From IMG/VR virus record IMGVR_UViG_3300026445_000027, positions 32,001-96,000 of that record: a stretch of 64,000 bases of DNA. One strand, written 5' to 3'. Source of the stretch: a virus. The notes beneath the pieces are model-generated. The model ran no database searches. It saw only the letters and a program-made list of their open reading frames with translations, and was not told where the DNA came from. How positions within the stretch are numbered: position 1 is the stretch's first letter; each line of letters starts with the position of its first letter. The position numbers and the translations under genes were made by a program. This document shows, one piece after another, positions 46,240 to 54,997 of this stretch.

Positions 46240-47325
46240 TTAGATCGCGTAGATCTTGATCAGTGCCACGTGTGCTGCACGCAGACGCACGTTGGAGATC
46301 TCGATCAGCTTGGCTACTTTGATAGCCTGGTTCATTACCACACGCAGAGTGCCCAACAGCAACTTGAGACGCTCTTTGTCTTTACCTTCTTTGGCTTCCT
46401 TCATTTGCTTCTCAGTATCGTTGAAGATCGACTGCATCTTCGACTTCTTCTGATTGAAGGATTCACCCAGGGTTTTCATCGCATCGACGTTGGCCTGGAT
46501 AGCACGGCCGAAGGCTACTACTTTGCCTACAGTGTCCAGCTCCATTGCTTTATCAAGCATGGGGATGAAGGTGCGGTCTTTGACGATAACCTTGTTTACT
46601 TCAGCTTCGATATCGATCAATACATCCACAGCAGCATGGTTGGATTGCATGAGACGATCGTTGGCTTCAGAGTACTTGCGGTTTTTCTCGTCGGTAACGA
46701 TCTTGTTGAAACCGTTTTTGGCGGTAACAGCAGCTTTGATCGCCTCGGCGGCCTTGAGTTTGGCTTTCTTGTTAAGCTTGTGGATCTTTTTCAGAGCCAC
46801 CTTAACAGCCGCTTTGACTTCCTGAGGTGTGCGCGCAGCACGGAGCTCATCTGCCAGGGCCTGGTCACCGTTTTCCGCTGCGACGCTAGCCATGGCACTG
46901 GCTTGCTTCTTGGCGTCCTCGTCAGACTGGGTCCCGTTCTCGGCAGCAGTAGCGTCCTTGTTCTGCTCGTCGATCTCTTTCTTGGTCTTATCCGCTTCCT
47001 CAGCGTTGTCACGACCAAAGAAGAAACCCCACACCGACTTGAACATGTCGCACAGCCATTTCCAGGCAGCAGCAAAGCCGTTGCCAATGGCAGAGAACAC
47101 ACCACCTTCTTCGTTACCGGCCAGCTGGCTGTGACTGATCACACCGTTGGCGAACAGCACGCCAGCAAAGTAACGCTGGTTAGCAGTAAGGCTGATGGAC
47201 TCACCGCCAGCCACTGCATCCATTTGATCCACGGAGTCTTCCAGGGCATCCAACATTACGTTGACTTCTGGGAGGTCCGGTACAGCTTGTACGTAGTCCG
47301 TACTGTACTCGTCGGTGTTATCCAT
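46240..47325 (-). CDS. Internal head/ejection protein, related to 27193-28665
   Basis: 361 aa; acidic propeptide with GGE and RYFAGVLFAN...GNEEG, then an amphipathic helix and an Ala/Lys-rich body. Confidence 0.65.
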   Translation of the reverse strand: MDNTDEYSTDYVQAVPDLPEVNVMLDALEDSVDQMDAVAGGESISLTANQRYFAGVLFANGVISHSQLAGNEEGGVFSAIGNGFAAAWKWLCDMFKSVWGFFFGRDNAEEADKTKKEIDEQNKDATAAENGTQSDEDAKKQASAMASVAAENGDQALADELRAARTPQEVKAAVKVALKKIHKLNKKAKLKAAEAIKAAVTAKNGFNKIVTDEKNRKYSEANDRLMQSNHAAVDVLIDIEAEVNKVIVKDRTFIPMLDKAMELDTVGKVVAFGRAIQANVDAMKTLGESFNQKKSKMQSIFNDTEKQMKEAKEGKDKERLKLLLGTLRVVMNQAIKVAKLIEISNVRLRAAHVALIKIYAI

Positions 47326-47333
47326 GACGGTCC

Positions 47334-48116
47334 TTAGCGAGCCGCTACCAGTGTGTTGAAATACATGGTAACGTTTTGTTTACCGACTTCACGGAGATCT
47401 GCGATCACGGTAGCGATATCAGTTTGCTGACGCAGCCGCGCGCGGTTGGTCCAGTTCACTGCGATCTTGGTGAGGAAGGTCACGTAATCGGTGTAACGGT
47501 TGATGGACTGCTGGGAGTAGTGCCCCTGCAGGTTCTTGAGGAAGCGCAGCGCTTCGCCGGAACGGAACAGTTCCTTGTTGTCCACAATCATGCGGATCAG
47601 GGCATCTGTAACGATCTTGAATTTCTCGAAGTCCAGGCTGGTGGACTCACCGACGGTTTCGATGAAGCTCACTTGTTCCAGACGCTGTTCTTCGATACTG
47701 GCAAAGCCCACTTCACCTTTCAGGTGGCGCAGGTGCTTCTCGATGCGACGCAGCATGATGTTGGTAACAGCGCTGCCGCCATCTGCTACCATTTCAGGAC
47801 CAGGCACGACGTTTGGTACTTCGTCCAGGCTAGCTTCGCCCTTTTCCACTTCCAGGCTTACGTCGGGACCTGGTGCTGGTTCGGTGGGTTCGGTTGGATC
47901 TGGAGTAACTGGTTGTTCGGTCACTGGGCCTACCTCGTCGATTACTGGGGGAGTCCAGTCCGGTTCTGGTTCTGGTTCGGGCTCAACTGCGTCGATCGGA
48001 GTGATCGGTTCGCCTTTGAGGATTACATCACCTTCTTTTGGAGCTGCGGTTGCTGCTGCCACAGCAGCGGCCACTGCGGTAGTAGTAGCGGTAGGAGTCT
48101 TATCTTCCTTTGCCAT
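47334..48116 (-). CDS. Hypothetical protein with Pro/Glu/Thr-rich N-terminus
   Basis: Start moved to 48116 (MAKEDK; GAGG SD). PEPEPEPD repeat, then a helical C-domain. Confidence 0.65.
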   Translation of the reverse strand: MAKEDKTPTATTTAVAAAVAAATAAPKEGDVILKGEPITPIDAVEPEPEPEPDWTPPVIDEVGPVTEQPVTPDPTEPTEPAPGPDVSLEVEKGEASLDEVPNVVPGPEMVADGGSAVTNIMLRRIEKHLRHLKGEVGFASIEEQRLEQVSFIETVGESTSLDFEKFKIVTDALIRMIVDNKELFRSGEALRFLKNLQGHYSQQSINRYTDYVTFLTKIAVNWTNRARLRQQTDIATVIADLREVGKQNVTMYFNTLVAAR

Positions 48117-48166
48117 GTCACAAACCTCTATTTCGAAATAGAATAAGCTGTTGCTGATCAGCATAA

Positions 48167-48200
48167 AATACCCCCTAGCCCGTTAAGGCTAGGGGGTATT
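48167..48200 (-). terminator. Terminator hairpin
   Basis: AATACCCCCTAGCC/GGCTAGGGGGTATT downstream of the 48206 ORF. Confidence 0.8.
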
Positions 48201-48205
48201 AAACG

Positions 48206-48673
48206 CTAACGGGGTTTTACTAATCGTGGATCAAAGCCAGCTTTACGGAGATCTTCCTGTTGCTCTTTCGGTAACCCTTGTCGCTGTTCTTCTGCTTTAC
48301 GACGGGCTTCTTCAGCCTTATCGCGTTTGTTGAGGCCTTTACTAACAGCCTCTAGAAACTCATCCACTACAGCAGACGGCATTTCCAGGTAGTCCTTAGG
48401 AGTCATTAACTCACCTAGCTTATGGTATCCGAAGTACTCACCTACCTGTTCCGTCGACCATGGGTGGAAGAAAGCGTTCTCAGCAGGGTTGTAGGCGATC
48501 GAGGAGTAAGGTGTACGTGTTTTAGGATCATAGCGCTCGAAGTTGATGTCTACCATCATTTTCTCATTGAGCAGCAAGGTCTCCGGTAGCATCTGTTTGA
48601 CAGACTTGCCCAACAGGCTACGAGTGATACCTTCATGAACCGTATTAAACGTTACCTTACCCCCCGGTCCCAC
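48206..48673 (-). CDS. Hypothetical protein; probable -1 frameshift extension of the upstream gene
   Basis: GTG start with a poorly spaced SD. The frame is open back through the T7 run in the upstream gene. Contains MTPKDYLEMP. Confidence 0.55.
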   Translation of the reverse strand: MGPGGKVTFNTVHEGITRSLLGKSVKQMLPETLLLNEKMMVDINFERYDPKTRTPYSSIAYNPAENAFFHPWSTEQVGEYFGYHKLGELMTPKDYLEMPSAVVDEFLEAVSKGLNKRDKAEEARRKAEEQRQGLPKEQQEDLRKAGFDPRLVKPR

Positions 48674-48678
48674 TTTAC

Positions 48679-50370
48679 CTATTCGGAGAGGGCTTCTGCC
48701 CGTACGTCGTGGTTTTCCGCGGCGCTCTGAATCATCAGCAACTGGATGTGGGTAAAAAAAGCCATGATCGGATCGATCGGGGTGTAGCCCAGCTTACGCA
48801 GCTTGATGTTGTCCGGATCTTCCAGATGACCTTGGTTGGTCTTGCACTTCGGACAGTCGAAGTTCTGCAGGCCGACGAAGGTCTTCGACAGGAACGGTAC
48901 CTTGTTGATGATATCTCGGGTCAGCGCACGGTTGAGCCATGGGCTGTCCTTGATAACCTCCAATAGGCCGCCGTTGAAGTCGTTCATGTCTTTGGCATTC
49001 TGCCGATCCAGGATGTGGTCCTTGTCATCGGAGTCAGGTGCTGCCACAGCCACGAACTTCGAGATCCAGTGGATGTATTCGGTGGCGCCCAGGTCAGTGT
49101 ACAGCATATTGCGCTGGGTGTCGTACTCTTCCGGATCGATGATGCTGGTACGCAGTTCAGCCAGCTTAGGCGAGATCCGACCGGCGTAGTAGTCGAAGGT
49201 CATGAACGCATCGGCCAACGACGGCGAAGCCAGCTCCAGGTACAGCGACTGGTCTTCGTTGTACACCTTGTTGGTGTCCAAGCCGAAGTGTGCGGCATTG
49301 ATCAGCGCCAGGGTTTCTTCGCTGGTGTAGGTGACCTTATGGTTGAAGAGGTTGGCGTAGATAGCAGCCTCTTCATCCGTGGTGTGGTAGTCACGGTGGT
49401 GTACCAGGAGTTCAGGGTCTACCAGCTGGAAGTCCTTCCAATCGCAACCAGGCTTGGAGCAGATCAGTTGCATGCCAACACCTTTGCTGGTGTAAGCGCG
49501 CAGCAGAGCCATGGTCAGTGCATCGATATCCGACCAACGAATGATCGAGGCCAGCTGACGGTAGTCACCGATGTCGCTGATACTGGAATAGGTCAGACGC
49601 TCGGCAATGAAGTTCCAGATAACGCGAGCAGCAGCCACACGGGCCAGTACTACGCTATTGTTGTTCACTTGACGCACGTAGCCTTTGATCGACGCTTTGA
49701 TGTCGTTGATCAGCTGACCCATGTCCATCTTGGACGGACGAGCCATTACCAGCTTGGTGAACGAGTTGCGCAGCTCGATGTCGAACATCAAGCGGCCGTC
49801 TTCGGCCTTCAGGGAACGACGACGCATGATCTCAGAGTCTTTCAGACCCTTACCGCCGTTACCAGGCTTACGACCGGAGATATCTGGAGTTACCAGACCG
49901 CCACGGTCGGAGACGTTGGAGATTCCGAGTTCACGGATCGCATTGGACCGACTACGGACGTCGTCCAGGTATTCGGTGTAGAACGCCACCATGCGCTGTG
50001 CTTTGTCTTCGGCTTCTTCCAGAGTCAGGTCTGGATAGTTGTCTTCGACGAAGCGAGCCCAGTCTTGGTTCTGCTTTTCAGCAGCCAGGGCATAACGTTG
50101 TGGGTCTTCCTGCGCATAGCGCTCGACGGTAAGCTTCTGGATGTACGGAGACATCAGCTTAGCATCGTGGTCACGGCTTTCTTTACTGTTTCCAAGAAAT
50201 ACCGTGATGAAGCCCTGTGCCCGCTCGTCTTCAGTAAGCTGACGGATAAAGCTGTTCTTTGGCTCTACCCGGGTATTCATGGTGGTGTTGCCAGCCTCGT
50301 GCACCTGGCTATAGCTAGCCTTCGGGCGCTCTGGTACTGGTTGTCCTTCGTTCAGTTCGTCATTAGACAT
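48679..50370 (-). CDS. Conserved Cys-motif protein (phiKZ gp77-like by synteny); candidate tail/baseplate assembly chaperone
   Basis: 563 aa with CSKPGC and CPKC pairs and AFF encoded by GCT TTT TTT near the C-terminus. Confidence 0.55.
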   Translation of the reverse strand: MSNDELNEGQPVPERPKASYSQVHEAGNTTMNTRVEPKNSFIRQLTEDERAQGFITVFLGNSKESRDHDAKLMSPYIQKLTVERYAQEDPQRYALAAEKQNQDWARFVEDNYPDLTLEEAEDKAQRMVAFYTEYLDDVRSRSNAIRELGISNVSDRGGLVTPDISGRKPGNGGKGLKDSEIMRRRSLKAEDGRLMFDIELRNSFTKLVMARPSKMDMGQLINDIKASIKGYVRQVNNNSVVLARVAAARVIWNFIAERLTYSSISDIGDYRQLASIIRWSDIDALTMALLRAYTSKGVGMQLICSKPGCDWKDFQLVDPELLVHHRDYHTTDEEAAIYANLFNHKVTYTSEETLALINAAHFGLDTNKVYNEDQSLYLELASPSLADAFMTFDYYAGRISPKLAELRTSIIDPEEYDTQRNMLYTDLGATEYIHWISKFVAVAAPDSDDKDHILDRQNAKDMNDFNGGLLEVIKDSPWLNRALTRDIINKVPFLSKTFVGLQNFDCPKCKTNQGHLEDPDNIKLRKLGYTPIDPIMAFFTHIQLLMIQSAAENHDVRAEALSE

Positions 50371-50381
50371 AAAACAAACCC

Positions 50382-51149
50382 TTAGTTGATATCTTTGATC
50401 ACGCGAGGCTCGTCACCCATCGGGGTGAGTTCAGCCATGGAGATGTCACCAGCTTCGATGAACTCGGCGGGAAGGTCGTCTTCTTCATCGGCAGGCGACT
50501 CAGGTACTTCTACCTGGGCGATAGTACGATACAGGTGTTGAATACGGGCGATACGCTGGTCGTGCAACTCGAACGCGTAGTTCATGTCGGTAGTACCAGG
50601 TTCTTTGTGTTCTTTGGTGTACTCTTCGATCATTGCCTGGTTAGGCTTCAGCAGTTCTTCGAATACCGGACGGGCGTGGAAGTGCATGCACTCGGTCACG
50701 TTGTCGAACAGGTGGACGTAGATCTCGACGAAGTCGTCCATGGTCTGGCCTTCATCCATCAGGATGCGGATCGCAGTCATGTCTTCGGCGATTTGCACGA
50801 TCAGACGGTCGAAGTTGTCTACCAGTTCCTGAATAGCTGGCGTGAACTCGATCTTGCCCTCGTTCTTGAGGATCTCGGCAACTTCCACAGCGGAGTGGAT
50901 AGGTGCGAACATTTCCACGATGCCCAGGATCTGTTTAGTGACCTCCAGGTTATCCGGCAGTTTCTTGCCTTGCTTCTTGTCGACCAGAAGATCCTTGTAC
51001 TTTCCGACGGTAGCCATGATACCCTTGCTGGCCAGTTCGAACTGGAGCTTGGAATTGGAAACCCGACGGACTTCAGTCTTCTTGCCACCTTTACGCTTCT
51101 TAGCGCGTTGTTGACGTTTTGCTGCCATGGCTTGATTTTTAGTGCCCAT
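50382..51149 (-). CDS. Hypothetical protein with basic N-tail and acidic C-tail
   Basis: 255 aa; N-terminal KRQQRAKKRKGGKKTEVRR. Confidence 0.7.
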   Translation of the reverse strand: MGTKNQAMAAKRQQRAKKRKGGKKTEVRRVSNSKLQFELASKGIMATVGKYKDLLVDKKQGKKLPDNLEVTKQILGIVEMFAPIHSAVEVAEILKNEGKIEFTPAIQELVDNFDRLIVQIAEDMTAIRILMDEGQTMDDFVEIYVHLFDNVTECMHFHARPVFEELLKPNQAMIEEYTKEHKEPGTTDMNYAFELHDQRIARIQHLYRTIAQVEVPESPADEEDDLPAEFIEAGDISMAELTPMGDEPRVIKDIN

Positions 51150-51187
51150 GAATGCTATGTTCCCTTTGACCTGGTCGTGGAGTTTAT

Positions 51188-52144
51188 ATGTTAATCAATG
51201 CTGAAGAAGCCATTTTGCTAGCTGACGATGAAGACCTAGCGGCAAATGTCATCGGCGGCCCATGGTTGCTGTTTAAGCAAACCATCCCTGAGGCACAGGC
51301 TAAAATATTGGTCAATGCGTTTAATTTAATTCTGCTGACTGATGGCGCGACCAGTGAACCCGAAGAGATCGATGAAGACTCGATCATGGGACGTACCGGA
51401 TCACTCCTACCAGTCATGGTGCAGAACCTGTTAGTGGATGAGGCGGTGTCCACCCCTAACAAGAAAGCGCATATGTACGAGTTCATGATTGACAATACAA
51501 TGTCTTTATTACAAGGCATTGGTATCACCCTAGATGAGAAGTACACCACAGCAGAAATGCTGCCGTTCATCTGTAAGATAGGGTACTTCTTCTATGAGAT
51601 GCAGGGCTACCAAGACCTGATTGGTTTAGCTTCTTCGTTGGAGTCATATGACGTAGCCCCAGTAGATCGTTTCCTGCTGGTGATGCAACGTTATTTGGGT
51701 GAAGAAACCGACATGACCAACTACGAACTACTGGTGTCGGACGTCTCGGAAGTAACACTCAAAGCTATCAAAGACGGGTTGGAAGGTGACGACCCATCAG
51801 TAGGGCTCCCAGAGTCTCTGATCAAGCGTGTGAAGGCGAACATCCCTTCACTCGAAGGTACGATAGCCTACACGCACATTCGCTCCAATGGGCAGCTTGG
51901 GGGCTCTGTAGAGAGCTTCTTGAACTTCTTCCAACAAGAGCTTCGTCCACTGGTAGATAACCTTACTGGTGACAACGTCTTGCCATACCTCAAAGAACTG
52001 ATTGGTTTCTATCTGATCAGTGAGGTTAATGACCACGCCATCCGTAACCACCTGAACAAGGCAGTGTATGATCTGGTGGATGACATGGTTATTCTTAACA
52101 AGGCAGAAGCACTGATCAATAAGCTGGTACTCGCTAATGACTAA
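51188..52144 (+). CDS. Conserved protein upstream of the vRNAP subunit (phiKZ gp79-like by synteny)
   Basis: 318-aa acidic helical ORF overlapping the next gene by 8 nt. Confidence 0.6.
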   Translation: MLINAEEAILLADDEDLAANVIGGPWLLFKQTIPEAQAKILVNAFNLILLTDGATSEPEEIDEDSIMGRTGSLLPVMVQNLLVDEAVSTPNKKAHMYEFMIDNTMSLLQGIGITLDEKYTTAEMLPFICKIGYFFYEMQGYQDLIGLASSLESYDVAPVDRFLLVMQRYLGEETDMTNYELLVSDVSEVTLKAIKDGLEGDDPSVGLPESLIKRVKANIPSLEGTIAYTHIRSNGQLGGSVESFLNFFQQELRPLVDNLTGDNVLPYLKELIGFYLISEVNDHAIRNHLNKAVYDLVDDMVILNKAEALINKLVLAND

Positions 52145-53432
52145 ATTAGAATTCCTAAAGATCTGGTTAGCTAACCAGGGCTATGCTGAGAAGGCTGCTG
52201 TACAGTCAGTGATCTCGATTCAGTTCGAAGACGAGGACTCTGCTGGTGCTTTCCGTAAAGTCCCTTGGGCTGTCTGGGTTGAAGGCGGTGTGTATAAATG
52301 CCACATTGATGGTTCGGATGTAACCATTGATGGTAAGGTAGATCGTCCGTTGTTTGTTAACGACGATTACATCGATCTGCCTGGCGACTTCCATCCGGTA
52401 CTACGTGGAGCTAAGACCGACACTACCTTCGGTCTGTTGCTGTTCAACATCATCCTGTTCTGGGAAGTGTTCGGTACCAAGGTGCCTTACGTTAACGAGG
52501 AGTTTACTCCTAAGCTTATCCAAGGGTTTTTGTCTGACCTGATGGTAGACAACCCCAAGGAAGGTGAGCAGGTGCCTGAGGGTAAAGCCTCGGTAGATGA
52601 CTGCATGAAGTTTACCCGCCACTGTAACTTCCTGGAAGGTCTGGGTACCTACTTCGTGAGGCCTGGTGGGATTGAGATGCTCACCATCAGTCCTGCTATC
52701 CTCAAGCGTAAAGACGAGCTGATGGCTAAGCTGAAAGCCGACGGCAAAATGAACGACCCAGTAGCTGTAACTAAGGCTATTGATGAGCTCGTCAAAATGG
52801 ACCGTGAGGAGATCATGAACGGTCCTGGGGCTACGTTTATCATTAACGATGGCTTCATCAGTAACGCCCGTAAACGTATGTTCATCGCCTTTGGTATTGA
52901 ACCTAAAGGTGACGGTTGGGTGTTCCTCAACATGTCCCTGGATGAGGGCATGGATCCAGATGAGATCGTGGCGTATATCAACACAGCTATTGCTGGTTCG
53001 TATAGCCGTTCGAAATCTACTGGTGAAGGCGGTGCACAGGTTAAAGAGGTACTGAAACTCGTAGGTCGCCGTAAGGTAGATCTGGCTGACTGCGGCACTA
53101 CTGTTGGTGAGCCAATCCAGATGCATGAACTTACTGCTCAGAAATGGGCTGGTAGCTTCTACATTGTTAATGGTAAGACCGAACAGTTAACCAAAGAGGT
53201 GGCACTGGCTAGCTTCGGCAAACGTCTGGTTATTCGTACCCCTAATGGTTGCCGTAACCCTGAGGGTAACTACTGCGCTACTTGCTGTGGTACTGGCTTG
53301 GGTAAACTGGCCACTCGTCTGTCTGCTGAGGTCGTACGTATCCCTACCAACATGATGCTGGGGCGCATGAAAGCTGCTCACGTGGCTGGTGGTAAGACTA
53401 CTCGGCTAAACCTGGCTACTGCGATCAAATAA
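52137..53432 (+). CDS. Virion RNA polymerase beta' subunit fragment (phiKZ gp80-like)
   Basis: RpoC-like motifs: bridge helix STGEGG, DCGT, zinc site IRTPNGC...YCATCCG, and trigger-loop-like RMKAAH. Confidence 0.8.
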   Translation: MTKLEFLKIWLANQGYAEKAAVQSVISIQFEDEDSAGAFRKVPWAVWVEGGVYKCHIDGSDVTIDGKVDRPLFVNDDYIDLPGDFHPVLRGAKTDTTFGLLLFNIILFWEVFGTKVPYVNEEFTPKLIQGFLSDLMVDNPKEGEQVPEGKASVDDCMKFTRHCNFLEGLGTYFVRPGGIEMLTISPAILKRKDELMAKLKADGKMNDPVAVTKAIDELVKMDREEIMNGPGATFIINDGFISNARKRMFIAFGIEPKGDGWVFLNMSLDEGMDPDEIVAYINTAIAGSYSRSKSTGEGGAQVKEVLKLVGRRKVDLADCGTTVGEPIQMHELTAQKWAGSFYIVNGKTEQLTKEVALASFGKRLVIRTPNGCRNPEGNYCATCCGTGLGKLATRLSAEVVRIPTNMMLGRMKAAHVAGGKTTRLNLATAIK

Positions 53433-53449
53433 CAAAAAATAAACCTTAC

Positions 53450-53481
53450 CTACTCCTAGTCCCTTGCGGGACTAGGAGTAG
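53450..53481. terminator. Bidirectional terminator hairpin
   Basis: CTACTCCTAGTCCC-TTGC-GGGACTAGGAGTAG between convergent genes. Confidence 0.85.
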
Positions 53482-53489
53482 TGCAGGAA

Positions 53490-54092
53490 TTAACTACGCT
53501 GATTGAACAAAGCGTTCTGGAACGACAGCTTGCTCGGGTCAAACAATGCCTTGAGTTCTGCAACTCCAGGATCTTGGTCAAATATCAAATCAGCCAAACT
53601 GACTGGTCTGGTATCTGGGATGTCCTTAGGCATAACACAAAACGCGATACGGTCAGGCAAATGGAGTGCATTAAAACGGAACCCCTTTGCTATCTGTGGA
53701 TCTTGGAATACTTCATCCAGCGAATGAATCTCACCAGGATCGTTAAACTCTTCAATGGAGATAATCGCGATACCTAGTTTGTCTGCGATCTGTTCGTGGG
53801 CGTCGGAGTTGAACCCGTACTCTTTCTCGTCGAGGAAGATCCCACATTCTTCATTGAGTTGCTTATTGATATCCAGCAGATAATCAATGGACAAATCATA
53901 CTGACAGACGTCATCGGGTTGTTCGAGGTCACAATCATCCATGGTCTCGAACGTACCTATTTTGCCTACCCGCAAGACTGACAGTATGGAATAGATCGCC
54001 TCCAACACCAGGAAGCCCATAAAGGACTCACTGGCATCGGAATAGAGCTCGTCCCTAGTCTCTGGATCCAGGCGTATTATGAAGTTGTGCAT
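53490..54092 (-). CDS. Acidic hypothetical protein
   Basis: 200 aa in a tightly packed operon. Confidence 0.65.
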   Translation of the reverse strand: MHNFIIRLDPETRDELYSDASESFMGFLVLEAIYSILSVLRVGKIGTFETMDDCDLEQPDDVCQYDLSIDYLLDINKQLNEECGIFLDEKEYGFNSDAHEQIADKLGIAIISIEEFNDPGEIHSLDEVFQDPQIAKGFRFNALHLPDRIAFCVMPKDIPDTRPVSLADLIFDQDPGVAELKALFDPSKLSFQNALFNQRS

Positions 54093-54095
54093 TCA

Positions 54096-54500
54096 TCATG
54101 ATCCTTCACTCAATGTGATGATCAGTTGCAGACCCATGTTGGTCAGACCATTGATCGTGAACGGTTTACCCTTGTACGGCACCAGGGTGTGCAAAGCTTC
54201 CTGGAACTTAGGGGTCTGTTCATACATGGCAAACGAGTTGTACAACTCTTGGGCTTCCAGCGAGTAGAAGTTGTTGAGCTGGTCAACAGTCTGCATGGTG
54301 ATCGGTGGAGTGATATACTGCTCTACCAGGGTACGTGCGATGTTGTCAAACGGAATCCCGGTCATCATGGAGCGCACACGGTGCTCCAAGAGTTTCTGGA
54401 CGAGGAAATAGTTGCGGAGTTCCTCGATACCTGGAGTGGCAATGAACAGGGTACCGTATTCCGGAATAATGGAGCGGGCGATAGGGCTGGTGGTGGTCAT
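54096..54500 (-). CDS. Hypothetical protein
   Basis: 134 aa with an ATGA overlap and a GAGG SD. Confidence 0.65.
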   Translation of the reverse strand: MTTTSPIARSIIPEYGTLFIATPGIEELRNYFLVQKLLEHRVRSMMTGIPFDNIARTLVEQYITPPITMQTVDQLNNFYSLEAQELYNSFAMYEQTPKFQEALHTLVPYKGKPFTINGLTNMGLQLIITLSEGS

Positions 54501-54967
54501 GCTTGTAATCCTCGGATAGCCACGGCAATGTGGGTTGCGTGTATTTGAACAGTGACACTCTTTATGACAACTGCTTCATATAGAGCGTCGATAGCCTCCC
54601 TGTTTAACGTCACTACTTCCTCAAAGAACGTCCCGATAGCCTCACAGAGTAAAGCTATCGTTCGATCAGGATCGTGTTGGTACCGTTCCAGATCTGCACG
54701 CCCGGCGCTGCCCATAATGAAGGGCATTTGTTCTAGCTCGTAGATGTAATCCTTGAGCTTGGTGTAATACCAGGTATCGTCATTGGCTTCATCCGGATCA
54801 GCGTAAGCTAATATGAACGACTCCAGACTGTCCGTGAGTGTTTGTAATACAAGGTCGCTATAACCGCTTAATCCTTCCGGCGTTGGCAGGATAAGGCTAA
54901 ACGACCCTTCTGGATTTAGTAGACTAGGCATGATCAACCTATTCTTTTTCCATTGTTCGTCGCTCAT
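54497..54967 (-). CDS. Hypothetical protein
   Basis: 156 aa with an AAGG SD. Confidence 0.65.
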   Translation of the reverse strand: MSDEQWKKNRLIMPSLLNPEGSFSLILPTPEGLSGYSDLVLQTLTDSLESFILAYADPDEANDDTWYYTKLKDYIYELEQMPFIMGSAGRADLERYQHDPDRTIALLCEAIGTFFEEVVTLNREAIDALYEAVVIKSVTVQIHATHIAVAIRGLQA

Positions 54968-54997
54968 GACAGAGCCTTAATAAGGTACAACGCGCTA

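Noticed and set aside
47960-47985. GGTTCT hexamer repeat
   Set aside because: It encodes a PEPEPEP linker; this is ordinary low-complexity coding sequence.
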